Shown here: one piece after another, positions 46,237-55,632 of the stretch
Numbering within the stretch: the first letter of the stretch is position 1
Layout: each line of letters opens with the position of its first letter
Assembly (NCBI GenBank): GCA_042577865.1
Contig: JBHPDN010000001.1
Location: 9,192 to 73,191, forward strand
Source of the DNA: Nanobdellota archaeon
Lineage (GTDB): Archaea; Nanobdellota; Nanobdellia; Woesearchaeales; JAGLXL01
Reading direction: 5' to 3'
DNA length: 64,000 bases
Position numbers and translations under genes: made by a program
The notes under the pieces: generated by a model
What the model was told of the DNA's origin: nothing
What the model saw: the letters and a program-made list of their open reading frames with translations, nothing else
Databases searched by the model: none

Positions 46237-47919
46237 TTAACTTCTTGGATGCTCGTGACCAATGCCCTGTCTTCTCTTCAGTTCATCAATGTGTTTTAAT
46301 TTTAATTTCAAGATCTTGCCCAAATCTTTTCTGTACTTTTCAACCATGAAAGAAATATGTTCTCCTCCCAGGAAATGAGGCATAATCACATAGTCAGCCC
46401 CGTATTGGTAAAGTTTCAAAGCCTCATCAATTTGATTGGCTGTCACAATTGCCAGGCCTTTGGGATTGACTTCTTTTAGTTTCTTGATCAACAACAGATT
46501 GTCATAGATATCAGGCACTGTGGCAATCAGCATCTTGACGTGCTTCAGGTTCATTTTGTCAATGATTTCTAAATCCCCGGCATCACCATAGATACAGGGC
46601 ATTTTTTTCTTTATCAGACGCTTGACCACTTCTGGATTGTAATCAACTGTCAGGATTTTCCTTTTCATGTTCTTTAATTTGTGGTAAATAGAATAACCGA
46701 TTCGGTTATGCCCAACTAAAACCACATCAAATCTTTTCTTAGGCAAATAATGCAGCTTCTCATCAGAGCTGACATTAAAATATTTCTTGAATTTCCTGTA
46801 AAGCCAGTTGTCATAGATAATCAGATAAGATGAAACACCAATGGTTAATGTAGCAATTACCGCTATGATAGAAACCACCTCACTGGTCAGATGCCCCAGT
46901 CCAAAACCCAAAGCAATGATAACAATCGAAAACTCACTGATTTGGGCCAGTGAAATAGAAGCCAAAAAAGATGTTCTTGGTTTGTACTTGAAAAACCTCA
47001 TGACAATGTACATAATGATAGGATTGCCGATCAAAACAAACAGACAAAAGATGATCACCGGCAGCATATATTTTTTCAAAGGTTCTAAAGCCACCTGCAT
47101 TCCTAAAGTCACAAAAAAAGCCGTTACAAAAAAATCTCTCAGTGGTTTGACTCTTCCCACAATCTCCAAAGAGTACTGGGTGCTGGCCAAACTTACCCCA
47201 GCCAGTAAAGCTGCAATCGCCACAGAGATTTCCAGATAAGCAGCCAAAGCAGCCATACCAAAAGCCCATGACAAAGCTGTGATCAATAATAATTCTCTTG
47301 ACTTAGCCACCACACGGAATAAATAAGGTAAAATCAAAAAATAAGCAGCTAAGGCCACGGCAAATAAAAGCAGGATGCCAAAAATCCTAACCAAAAGCTG
47401 GTCAATGGCAAAGTGTCCCACAGAAGAAAATAACATGATCGCCACAATAGCCACTAAATCCTGTATCAATAAAACACCAATTGCCATTCTGCCGTGCAAA
47501 GTGTTGATTTCATTCTTGTCTGTCAGCAATTTAACCACTACTACTGTACTCGACAAAGTCAAAGCCACTGCAATATAAGCTGAAACCAAAGTGTCAAAAT
47601 ACAAAGAAGCAATAAAAAATCCAGCCAGACCTGTAAACACCACTTGAGCCAGTCCCACCAGACTTGCCTGCCAGCCCACATGCTTTAATTTCTTGACATC
47701 TAACTGCAGACCGACAATAAACAAAAGAAAAACAATACCTAATTCTGAAAACATAGCAATGATTTCCTGGTTTTTGATCAAACCCAGACCTACCGGCCCG
47801 ATGACAATTCCTGCTGCAATATAGGCAATCAGCAAAGGTTGTCTCAGAAATCTGGCTAGAATAGCCAGCAAAGTAGCTGCAATAATAACTAAACCTATTT
47901 CCAGGAATACGCTCACCAT
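46237..47919 (-). CDS. CPA2 monovalent cation:proton antiporter (Kef-type) with C-terminal RCK/TrkA-N domain
   Basis: About 12 TM helices with the Na_H exchanger pattern. C-terminal Rossmann domain (VVLVGHNRIGYSIYHKL). 560 aa. Confidence 0.8.
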   Translation of the reverse strand: MVSVFLEIGLVIIAATLLAILARFLRQPLLIAYIAAGIVIGPVGLGLIKNQEIIAMFSELGIVFLLFIVGLQLDVKKLKHVGWQASLVGLAQVVFTGLAGFFIASLYFDTLVSAYIAVALTLSSTVVVVKLLTDKNEINTLHGRMAIGVLLIQDLVAIVAIMLFSSVGHFAIDQLLVRIFGILLLFAVALAAYFLILPYLFRVVAKSRELLLITALSWAFGMAALAAYLEISVAIAALLAGVSLASTQYSLEIVGRVKPLRDFFVTAFFVTLGMQVALEPLKKYMLPVIIFCLFVLIGNPIIMYIVMRFFKYKPRTSFLASISLAQISEFSIVIIALGFGLGHLTSEVVSIIAVIATLTIGVSSYLIIYDNWLYRKFKKYFNVSSDEKLHYLPKKRFDVVLVGHNRIGYSIYHKLKNMKRKILTVDYNPEVVKRLIKKKMPCIYGDAGDLEIIDKMNLKHVKMLIATVPDIYDNLLLIKKLKEVNPKGLAIVTANQIDEALKLYQYGADYVIMPHFLGGEHISFMVEKYRKDLGKILKLKLKHIDELKRRQGIGHEHPRS

Positions 47920-47949
47920 CTTTTTCAGTTAGAATGAATTTATTTTGGT

Positions 47950-48771
47950 TTATAAAAGTTTTCTTATTTCTTCGACCATATCACTGGCCAGAAAAACATA
48001 ACCTTTCTTTTTCTTTAATAGAATGTCCCCGATCTGCTTGTTTAGTTGGGAAGCTGCCACTGCACTGTCGAACAATTTATGGCTTTGCGAAAGAAAACCA
48101 GCGCAGAGACCGGCTAAAACATCACCTGTTCCTGCTTTAGTCAGACCAGGATTCCCGCCAGTTATTTTCTTTATTTTGTTTTTAGAAACAACCACATCTG
48201 TTGCTCCTTTAATCAGCAAAACATTATTGTCAAGGTGTTTTTGTATTTCTTTTATTTTTTTGTTTTTATTTTTAATCTGATTGATTCTATTAAGACCTGA
48301 ATTTTTCAACAGCATTTCCAATTCTTTGGCATGAGGTGTGATAATTGCATTATGAATTTCCTGCAAAGACAGTAATTTAATTCCGTCTGCATCAATTACC
48401 TTGAGTTTGTCTTTGGCTCTGGCCACTAATCTTTTGCAGAGAAGTTTTGTTTGTTTGTTCAGACCAATACCATTGCCTAGTTCCAGAACATCATGGTTGT
48501 CAAGCATTTTACTGATTACTGACAGATCCTTTGGAGTCAAAAACTTTCCAGTTAATTTTTTAGTCACTAGATCTTCACTTAAACAATTGACTGCCCAGGC
48601 CACTTTTTCAGGCGCCGCCACTGTTACCAAATCACAGCCAGAACGCAAAGCAGCCAAACCCACTAAAACTAAAGTGCCTGTATAATCTTCACTTCCCCCA
48701 ACAACTAAAACAAAACCATTTTCCCCTTTATGAGAAGTTTTCTTTCTTTTCATCAAAGTTTTGATGTTCAT
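47950..48771 (-). CDS. nnrD: ADP-dependent NAD(P)H-hydrate dehydratase (YjeF C-terminal domain, Nnr2/NnrD)
   Basis: GFVLVVGGSEDYTGTLVLVGLAALRSGCDLVTVAAP ... IDADGI ... GGNPGLTKAGTGDVLAG, diagnostic of the YjeF-C carbohydrate-kinase-like family. 273 aa. Confidence 0.75.
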   Translation of the reverse strand: MNIKTLMKRKKTSHKGENGFVLVVGGSEDYTGTLVLVGLAALRSGCDLVTVAAPEKVAWAVNCLSEDLVTKKLTGKFLTPKDLSVISKMLDNHDVLELGNGIGLNKQTKLLCKRLVARAKDKLKVIDADGIKLLSLQEIHNAIITPHAKELEMLLKNSGLNRINQIKNKNKKIKEIQKHLDNNVLLIKGATDVVVSKNKIKKITGGNPGLTKAGTGDVLAGLCAGFLSQSHKLFDSAVAASQLNKQIGDILLKKKKGYVFLASDMVEEIRKLL

Positions 48772-48852
48772 CTTAAAGAGTAATCATTTGCTTTTTATAA
48801 TTTTAACTGAATTTTTCATAAGTTTTATAAATCACCTCATTAAAAATTATTT

Positions 48853-49108
48853 TATGAATTATGCAGAAGGGACAAAAACACCTGAAGAGAAATTTCTTGC
48901 CAAATTTGAGCAGGCCGATAAATATGTTGATGACCATGCCTCAATCTTGGATGAAGAAGTTCATGATTTTGGAAAATTAGAAAGTGACTTGACTCAAGCT
49001 TTTGAGAATATGCCTGAAGCTCTAAGAAAAAAACATAAAGGGAAATATGAAGATTTAAAAGAAGACCTTAGTCATTTTGATGATATTCATAATGGGATAG
49101 CTCTTTAA
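48853..49108 (+). CDS. Hypothetical small acidic protein
   Basis: Internal start (MNYAEGTKTPEEKF...) of the track ORF 48761-49108. No motif. Confidence 0.25.
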
Positions 49109-49109
49109 A

Positions 49110-49955
49110 TTATTTTATCTCACAGCCACCACTCGGCAAAAACTTTGTAATCTCATCCAAATCTCCGCCTAATTTATGTTTTATTTTCTTGGCTGTTTCT
49201 GATTTTTTCTTTTTGCCTGGCACCACTACCTTAAATTTGTCTGCCTGTTTTTTAATTGCAGCAGTCGGACCGCCAATCACCACACCATCCTTAACACCGA
49301 TAGCCATCTCCAGTCTTGGACGCAGATACAAAGTCTTGCCGTAGACCATAAAAGCTCCTTTAGGCATGAATTCCCCTGATTTGGCTGTCTTGCTCACCTG
49401 CTCTGGCTTGACATAAAAGACATCCAAAATACTTAACCCTAATTTCCAGGCCCGGGAATAAGAAGCAGTGGCCTGAGCCGCCTCCTTGATTGTTTCCTCT
49501 CCAGCTTCCTGACCATTCTTGATGACAAAAAATGGCGAACCGGCCATATCTGTATGTAAAACTAAATCATTTTCTTCAGTGTGTTTCTTAATCACAATTT
49601 CATTGGAAGTGGCATCCCGGCCGCCAATACATAAAAATCCTTCAGAACTCATAAACCAGTGGAACTTCTCATACCATTCTTTCTTATGAACTTTTTTCTC
49701 TACTTTTTTGGCAGAAATCTTTTCCAAAACTTTTTCCTTCTCTTTTTCCAGTTTCTCCAGTTCTTTCTGGTATTTTTCTAAAGTCTCCCGGGCACCCTTT
49801 AGTTTTTTCTTGGCTTTTTTGGCTCTTTCAAAATAGACTTCTGCATTTTGCTCTACTGTCTTGTCTAAATACACATCAACTTCAGAATTATTTTTTACAC
49901 TCTCTGACATTTTCCATTTCAATACTTTGTTCAGAGCAGATGATTTCTTCATCAT
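49110..49955 (-). CDS. NFACT-R (DUF814) domain protein, short form
   Basis: KFHWFMSSEGFLCIGGRDATSNEIVIKKHTEENDLVLHTDMAGSPFFVIK matches the DUF814/NFACT-R core. Preceded by a K/E-rich coiled coil. 281 aa. Confidence 0.55.
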   Translation of the reverse strand: MMKKSSALNKVLKWKMSESVKNNSEVDVYLDKTVEQNAEVYFERAKKAKKKLKGARETLEKYQKELEKLEKEKEKVLEKISAKKVEKKVHKKEWYEKFHWFMSSEGFLCIGGRDATSNEIVIKKHTEENDLVLHTDMAGSPFFVIKNGQEAGEETIKEAAQATASYSRAWKLGLSILDVFYVKPEQVSKTAKSGEFMPKGAFMVYGKTLYLRPRLEMAIGVKDGVVIGGPTAAIKKQADKFKVVVPGKKKKSETAKKIKHKLGGDLDEITKFLPSGGCEIK

Positions 49956-50352
49956 AAAGTCTGACTTTTGGTGTCAACTTAAACTGCTTGATATCGCCGT
50001 AAGTTGTATAATCATAGTCAACATATTGCATGGTTGTGCCTGCCTTTTCCACATCTGAACCTTCCAGATCCCTGACAAAAATAGCTTCTGAACCAATTAC
50101 TCTTAATCTTAAACCAGTCAAAGGCACATTAGGTCCGTTTTCAGCAATAAAATAAATTTGATTGTTCAATTTTTCATAGCATAACTGCTCTTCCTGATTC
50201 AGTTCTACAATTGTCAGACCAATGTCAACTGCGCATTTGGCTGAAGATTCAATCTGGGCCCTGCCAAAGTTCATAACCACTACACCAACTGCCACTGCCA
50301 GGACTATTAAGAGAATAGTTGCTAATAACGGTCCAATCCCTCTTTTATTCAT
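49888..50352 (-). CDS. Archaeal type IV pilin (DUF361-type N-terminus, class III signal peptide)
   Basis: MNKRG|IGPLLATILLIVLAVAVGVVVMNF is the canonical archaeal pilin N-terminal domain. 154 aa. Confidence 0.65.
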   Translation of the reverse strand: MNKRGIGPLLATILLIVLAVAVGVVVMNFGRAQIESSAKCAVDIGLTIVELNQEEQLCYEKLNNQIYFIAENGPNVPLTGLRLRVIGSEAIFVRDLEGSDVEKAGTTMQYVDYDYTTYGDIKQFKLTPKVRLYDEEIICSEQSIEMENVRECKK

Positions 50353-50438
50353 ATTTATCTAACAAAGTTTCCAAATTTATAAAATTTTCTTATTTAGCCA
50401 CAAAAACATTTATAAAAAACAAAGCTTTATGGTTATTC

Positions 50439-51311
50439 ATGGCTCAGCAGCAGATGACTGATGAACAAAGAAAGGAGCTTCAGGAAAAACTTTCCAAGAT
50501 GTCACCTGAAGAACTGAAAGAATTTCAGAAAAAGCAGTGTATCTTCTGTCAGATTATTTCAGGTCAGGTTGAAAGCCAAAAAGTGTACGAAGACGAAAAG
50601 CATGTTGCTGTTTTGGACATTAATCCTGCCAATGTTGGCCATATCCTTCTTTTGCCTAAAGAGCATTATTCTATTCTGCCGCAGATGAAAGATGAAGAAG
50701 TCAGTCAGATGTTTACTGTGGCCAAACATCTTTCACAGGTCCTTCTCAAAGCTCTCAAAGCTCAGGGCACCAATATCTTTGTTGCCAATGGCATGGTGGC
50801 TGGCCAGCGTGCCCAGCATTTTATGATCCATGTTGTTCCTAGATTTGAAGCTGACAAAGTCATTGGCTTCCAGATACCTCAAAAAGAAGTCACTGAATCA
50901 GATTTGAAAAAACTCAGGGAAATTTTGGCTAACAAGATTAATGAGCTCATGGACATCAAAAAGAAAGTTGTGGTTGAGCAGCCTCAAGAAGAACCAGAAG
51001 TCAAGGAAGAGCCAGAAAAAGTTGTTGAAGAAGAAAAACCAGACAAATTTATCACCAGTGCTAAAGCCAAAAGATTTCATATTGAATCATGTCCTTTTGC
51101 CCAGAAGATCAAGGATGACAAAAGGATTCTCCTTGATTTAGAAGAGGTCAGTAAAAGCCGGGAGCCCTGCGATTGTACAGGTTTGAGGAAAAAAGAAACT
51201 AAACCAAAAAAAGAGTCTGCAAAAAAAACCCCAAAGAAAAAAACAACCGGCAAAAAAACAAAACAAAAGGAGGAATCCAGCTTGGATGACATAGCTGAAT
51301 TATTCAAATAA
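50439..51311 (+). CDS. HIT-fold protein with non-canonical histidine triad, fused to an Ada-type zinc-binding domain and a basic tail
   Basis: Start taken at the internal Met (MAQQQM...). TATA AATTTATAAAATTTTC lies at 50372-50388. HIT-fold N-terminus (CIFCQI ... GHILLLPKEHY ... GTNIFVANGMVAGQRAQHFMIHVVPR) but the triad reads H-F-M-I-H. C-terminus has KRFHIESCPFAQKIK ... REPCDC (Ada metal-binding-domain-like) then KKxPKKK repeats. Confidence 0.6.
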   Translation: MAQQQMTDEQRKELQEKLSKMSPEELKEFQKKQCIFCQIISGQVESQKVYEDEKHVAVLDINPANVGHILLLPKEHYSILPQMKDEEVSQMFTVAKHLSQVLLKALKAQGTNIFVANGMVAGQRAQHFMIHVVPRFEADKVIGFQIPQKEVTESDLKKLREILANKINELMDIKKKVVVEQPQEEPEVKEEPEKVVEEEKPDKFITSAKAKRFHIESCPFAQKIKDDKRILLDLEEVSKSREPCDCTGLRKKETKPKKESAKKTPKKKTTGKKTKQKEESSLDDIAELFK

Positions 51312-51847
51312 TGGTTGACTGTGAATTTTGTGATGTTGTCAAAGGCAAGGAAGACGCTGAAATCATCTTTGAAGATGAAAAATGCACTGCTGTTCTTCAT
51401 CTCAAGCCTGCTCATCCTGGACATGTCCTTCTTTTTTCCAAAGGCCATTACCCGATTATGGAGCAGGTTCCTGATTATGTTGTCGGCCACATGTTCAAGA
51501 TTGCCAATAAATTAAGTACTGCTCTTTTTGAAAGCCTCAATATCCAGGGCACCAATATCATTGTCCAGAACGGTGTGGCAGCCGGTCAGACTATTCCTCA
51601 TTTTGTTATTCATGTCATTCCTCGTTCTGAAGGTGACGGACTCAATTTCCAGTGGGAACCTAAACAGCCTGGCAAAGAAGAAGTTGACAAAGCCATTATT
51701 GTCATTAAAGAGCAGACTGCCAACATCCATCCTTCTGGTTTCCAAAAAGAAAAAAGGGAAATCAAAATTGACCGGGATGCTGTCAGGAAGATTGAATCAA
51801 CTAAAGAAGAAAATTATTTGATTAAACAGCTAAGAAAGATTCCTTAA
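51311..51847 (+). CDS. HIT-fold protein with non-canonical histidine triad (paralog of upstream gene)
   Basis: CEFCDV ... GHVLLFSKGHY ... GTNIIVQNGVAAGQTIPHFVIHVIPR. The triad reads H-F-V-I-H. 178 aa. Start codon overlaps the upstream stop. Confidence 0.6.
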   Translation: MVDCEFCDVVKGKEDAEIIFEDEKCTAVLHLKPAHPGHVLLFSKGHYPIMEQVPDYVVGHMFKIANKLSTALFESLNIQGTNIIVQNGVAAGQTIPHFVIHVIPRSEGDGLNFQWEPKQPGKEEVDKAIIVIKEQTANIHPSGFQKEKREIKIDRDAVRKIESTKEENYLIKQLRKIP

Positions 51848-51850
51848 TTC

Positions 51851-52711
51851 TCAGAATAAAAAAGCCAGCCAGTTTCCTACAATAATTGTCAGTAAAAAAG
51901 CAACTAAAAAACTTGGCACAAAAGGTATGCCTTCTTTGATTTTTATTTTTTTGACCTTGCCTTGAGAATGCAGTTTGATTAACTGGGCAATATGTTCCTG
52001 GTCAATGCCTAAATCTCTTGGTCCGCAGATCTTCTTTCCGCCGACAACAACATCTTCTGCAATCCAGTCCCCTTCTGTCAGTTGTTTTGGATTGACCTGT
52101 TTGTAAAAGGCAAAATTCTCCACAGATTTGATTCCCATCCAGGCATACATGGTGCCCAAAGGCATGATGCCGATGGCTAAAAACAAACCTTTTAACAAAC
52201 CCGGCACTAAAAAACTTCCCACTACTGCTGCGATGCCTAAGAAAAGTAAACCCAACTTTATGTTTTTCAAACCCTGATTTTGTTTTTTCAATTCATCTAA
52301 AAACTTGCTTTTGTTCAAAACAGCCAGCATCACCAGCCAGATTAGACCGTAAACAGCTCCTATGATTAATAGATTCAGGAAAAAAAGACCTAAATTAGGC
52401 AGAGGATTAAACTGTAATTTTAAACCAATCAAAGCTCCCAACCCCATCAGTAACTTGCTGTCTCCTCCTCCCCACTGCCCCATGTAATACATCATGTAAG
52501 CGATGACCACAAAAACCAGAAATCCTATTAATCCTTCAAAAAAAATACTCCAGTTAAATTCTTTTAAAGAAAAAACCAGTCTCAACCCCAGGCCTGTGAA
52601 GATCATACCATAGCTTAGCCAGTCAGGTACTTCTCTTGTTTTCAGATCAGAATAAGAGCCCGCCACTAAACCAATTAAGGCAATTCCATACAATATATAA
52701 TCAAAAATCAT
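51851..52711 (-). CDS. Archaeal prepilin/preflagellin peptidase (A24 family, PibD/FlaK/EppA-like)
   Basis: Catalytic Asp in the first cytoplasmic loop (AGSYSDLKTREVPD) and a GxGD-type second Asp (WGGGDSKLLMGLGA). Polytopic. About 90-aa soluble C-terminal extension. Confidence 0.75.
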   Translation of the reverse strand: MIFDYILYGIALIGLVAGSYSDLKTREVPDWLSYGMIFTGLGLRLVFSLKEFNWSIFFEGLIGFLVFVVIAYMMYYMGQWGGGDSKLLMGLGALIGLKLQFNPLPNLGLFFLNLLIIGAVYGLIWLVMLAVLNKSKFLDELKKQNQGLKNIKLGLLFLGIAAVVGSFLVPGLLKGLFLAIGIMPLGTMYAWMGIKSVENFAFYKQVNPKQLTEGDWIAEDVVVGGKKICGPRDLGIDQEHIAQLIKLHSQGKVKKIKIKEGIPFVPSFLVAFLLTIIVGNWLAFLF

Positions 52712-52757
52712 ATCCCAAAGTAATCAAAATTTATTTATAAATGTGTTGGAAATTAAA

Positions 52758-54062
52758 TTAGTTCACCTTTCCAAAAAGATTTATTACAGTTTCTTTGAGT
52801 CGGGTATATTGTTGTTGAACAACCTTAAAATTATCTTTGCTTCCCCACCAGTGTTGTTCATTATGATATATATGGTATTTACTTGGATCATTTCCTAAAT
52901 GAATATCAAATTCTGCAGGATTATCAAATACAGGCGAACCCGGTAAAGGTACGAATCTGTAAAGGGCAATTCTTCTAACAAAAGGTCTCAATTCTCTTAG
53001 CATCTCAATAGTTTCACTAGTGGTGGTCTCATTCTCACCAGGAAACCCATGCATCAGGAACAATTTGGTGAATAATCCTCCTTCATGGGCTGTTTTAATG
53101 CCTTCTCTGAACTTCCCTAGATTTGCTCTCTTGTTCATCCTTTCAAGAAGATACTGGCTGCCGCTTTCTATTCCAAATTTGACTTCCATACATCCGGAAT
53201 CACTTAAAGCGTTCACTATTTCAGGTGTCATCCTATCAGCCCGGCTGCTTATTACATAGTTGATATTCAAGTCTTTTAATTCAGAAGTAATTTCTAAAAC
53301 ATGCCTTTTGTTCAGTGTAAAAGTTTCGTCCATAAACAATAAGCCGCCCAGTTGATCATACTGTTCTAAAAGTTCCATTACTTCAGCTTTAATATTTGCC
53401 GCCGACCTGTATCTGACTGAACCATTGTTTAGATTAGCGCAAAAATTACATGAATATGGACAGCCCCTGCTAGTGACAATGGTGGTGATTAATTTGTCAG
53501 TTCCCCTCAACCTGTTTTCAAGCAGAATCCTTTCTTGAGGCATCAGATTTCTCGCCGGAAAGGCAAGTGAATTAACGTCACTGACTTTGTTGACCTCTTT
53601 GTTTGATCTTATATTTCCATAGCTATCAAAATAAGTAAAACCTTTTAATTCCCCCACTGCTTCAGGAATAGAGTTAGAGACAGTTAATCTTCTCAAGAAA
53701 TCTGGAAGTACTACTTCGGCTTCTCCTTTGATGACTGCATCTAAATTTAAATCTTTTAATGTTTCAGCAGAGAATACGTGGCTGTGTGTGTTTCCTGCCA
53801 ATTTAACTGTAGTTCTTTCAGATAAAACCCTGTCTGATAATCTTTTGAATTTATGATAGGTTGTTGAAGCTGTAATTGCCAGACAATCTACCTCACTTTC
53901 AGGCAGTTCTTCTGTATTTTCATCTATGCCAACAACTCTTACATCATGACCGGATTCTTGGAGAGATGAAGCTACATAAAGCATCCCAAGCGGTGGGAGC
54001 TCTGTTCTGTTGGCATCTCCTGCAACTTCTATATCTATCGGATAAATTAGGTTTACTTTCAT
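52758..54062 (-). CDS. B12-binding-domain radical SAM enzyme
   Basis: N-terminal cobalamin-binding-like Rossmann region, then radical SAM CxxxCxxC (SRGCPYSCNFCAN). 434 aa. Confidence 0.75.
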   Translation of the reverse strand: MKVNLIYPIDIEVAGDANRTELPPLGMLYVASSLQESGHDVRVVGIDENTEELPESEVDCLAITASTTYHKFKRLSDRVLSERTTVKLAGNTHSHVFSAETLKDLNLDAVIKGEAEVVLPDFLRRLTVSNSIPEAVGELKGFTYFDSYGNIRSNKEVNKVSDVNSLAFPARNLMPQERILLENRLRGTDKLITTIVTSRGCPYSCNFCANLNNGSVRYRSAANIKAEVMELLEQYDQLGGLLFMDETFTLNKRHVLEITSELKDLNINYVISSRADRMTPEIVNALSDSGCMEVKFGIESGSQYLLERMNKRANLGKFREGIKTAHEGGLFTKLFLMHGFPGENETTTSETIEMLRELRPFVRRIALYRFVPLPGSPVFDNPAEFDIHLGNDPSKYHIYHNEQHWWGSKDNFKVVQQQYTRLKETVINLFGKVN

Positions 54063-54142
54063 ACTTGATAATTAGGGCTAAAAGTCTTATATAAATATTT
54101 CTGATTAAGAATATTTATAAACAATTAAAAAAAACAAATTGC

Positions 54143-54550
54143 ATGGATAAAAAAATTCCTAGAGTTGCTATCGGAGCTGTCGTCTTTAATGATAAAGATG
54201 AATTGCTGCTTCTTAAGTCTAAAAAGTGGCACGGCAAATACATTCTTCCCTGCGGCCATGTTGAATTTGGTGAAACACTGGTTGACGCTGTAAAAAGGGA
54301 AGTTAAAGAGGAAACAGGTCTAGATGTGGACAAAGTTGAATTTTTGCGTTATGGTGAAATGATTAATTCCTCTGAATTCCATGATGTTGACAGGCACTTT
54401 GTCTCACTTAATTTTAAGTGTTCCACCAATAACAACAATGTTATCTTAAATGAAGAGGCACAGGAGTTTATTTGGGTTAAAATAGAAGATGCGCTTAATC
54501 TGGAAACTGATTCTCTGACCAAGGCGTCTTTGGTAAAACTGACGAAATAA
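54143..54550 (+). CDS. NUDIX hydrolase
   Basis: Nudix box GHVEFGETLVDAVKREVKEETGL (Gx5Ex7REUxEExGU). 135 aa. Confidence 0.85.
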   Translation: MDKKIPRVAIGAVVFNDKDELLLLKSKKWHGKYILPCGHVEFGETLVDAVKREVKEETGLDVDKVEFLRYGEMINSSEFHDVDRHFVSLNFKCSTNNNNVILNEEAQEFIWVKIEDALNLETDSLTKASLVKLTK

Positions 54551-54589
54551 TTAAGAAAATTTAAATAATAATTCTGCTCCGGGTATAAC

Positions 54590-55201
54590 ATGAAACCAAA
54601 ACATCTGGCTTTTACCACTGACGGTCTTAAGGAGGATTTAGTTAAGAGTTTTCAGTTGATTAGCCAGTTAGTTGATGAACAGATTAAAAACAATTTACCT
54701 GTCCTGACTTTTTACATCACCCACAAAAGAAATCCTGATGCTGAAATTTTATCTGCTTTTACCAAACTTTTATCGTCTGAAGAGTTTATGAGCAAAATCA
54801 ATTCCAACAAAGTCAAGATTACTGCTTTAGGTAAATGGTATAATCTGCCTCAGCAGACTTTGGATGCTGTCAAAAAAGTCATTGATGAGACCAAGGATTA
54901 TGACCATTACTTTTTGAACTTTTGCCTAAACTATGACGGACAAGAGGAAATAGTTGATTCCTGCAAATTAATCATAAAACAGATTTTTGCCAACAAGATC
55001 TCTGAATCAGCTGTCAATGAAGAAGTTGTTAAAGAAAACTTGTATACTTCTTACTTTATCCCTCCAGATTTAATCATTAAATCCGGCGAGCAGAAACTGA
55101 CTTCTTTTTTATTGTGGGATTCAGTCGGTGCCAGTATTTACTTCACCCAGAGGCCTTTCTCCCAGTTCACCTTGGAAGAGTTGAACCTGATTCTACAGTA
55201 A
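54590..55201 (+). CDS. cis-Prenyltransferase (UPPS)-like protein with degenerate N-terminal catalytic motif
   Basis: C-terminal half matches UPPS strongly (LNYDGQEEIVD ... PDLIIKSGEQKLTSFLLWDSVGASIYFTQRPF-QF). The N-terminal substrate/Mg motif reads HLAFTTDGLKEDL where UPPS has HVAIIMDGNRRWA. Confidence 0.55.
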   Translation: MKPKHLAFTTDGLKEDLVKSFQLISQLVDEQIKNNLPVLTFYITHKRNPDAEILSAFTKLLSSEEFMSKINSNKVKITALGKWYNLPQQTLDAVKKVIDETKDYDHYFLNFCLNYDGQEEIVDSCKLIIKQIFANKISESAVNEEVVKENLYTSYFIPPDLIIKSGEQKLTSFLLWDSVGASIYFTQRPFSQFTLEELNLILQ

Positions 55202-55237
55202 CATTTATAAACAACCCCTTTCAATTCAACCTTAACC

Positions 55238-55306
55238 TGTGATTTATGAATCCCTAACGGGAGGAATGAGGGGTAATATTCTGATTACACCTTCAAGGAG
55301 GAAAAA
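55238..55306 (+). promoter_or_regulatory. Long structured 5' UTR of the L7Ae gene (candidate L7Ae autoregulatory element)
   Basis: TATA TTTATAAA at 55205-55212. About 68-nt leader containing the hairpin TCCC-TAAC-GGGA (55251-55262) flanked by purine-rich G/A runs (TGAA ... GGAATGAGGGG). SD AAGGAGG at 55294-55300. Confidence 0.3.
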
Positions 55307-55627
55307 ATGGCAGATGAAAATACTGATAAAATATTGGAAATAATTGAATTAGCCAGCAAGACTGGTAAAATCAAAAAAGGCTCTAATGAAGTTACCAAAA
55401 CTTTGGAAAGAGGCACAGCTAAATTGGTAGTTGCTGCTCAGGACACCACACCTAAAGAAGTTATTATGCACTTACCTCTTTTGTCTAAAGAAAAAGGTAT
55501 TCCTTACAAGGAAGTTCCTAAGAAAGACGAACTGGGAGCTGCTGCTGGATTACAAGTTGGCACTTCAGCTGTCTCTGTTGTTGAAGAAGGAGAAGCAAAG
55601 AAACTCATCGCTGGATTAAGTAAGTGA
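55307..55627 (+). CDS. rpl7ae: 50S ribosomal protein L7Ae (K-turn binding protein)
   Basis: [47 protein letters not shown] matches L7Ae. First gene of the conserved archaeal L7Ae-S28e-L24e-ndk cluster. Confidence 0.8.
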   Translation: MADENTDKILEIIELASKTGKIKKGSNEVTKTLERGTAKLVVAAQDTTPKEVIMHLPLLSKEKGIPYKEVPKKDELGAAAGLQVGTSAVSVVEEGEAKKLIAGLSK

Positions 55628-55632
55628 TTCAA

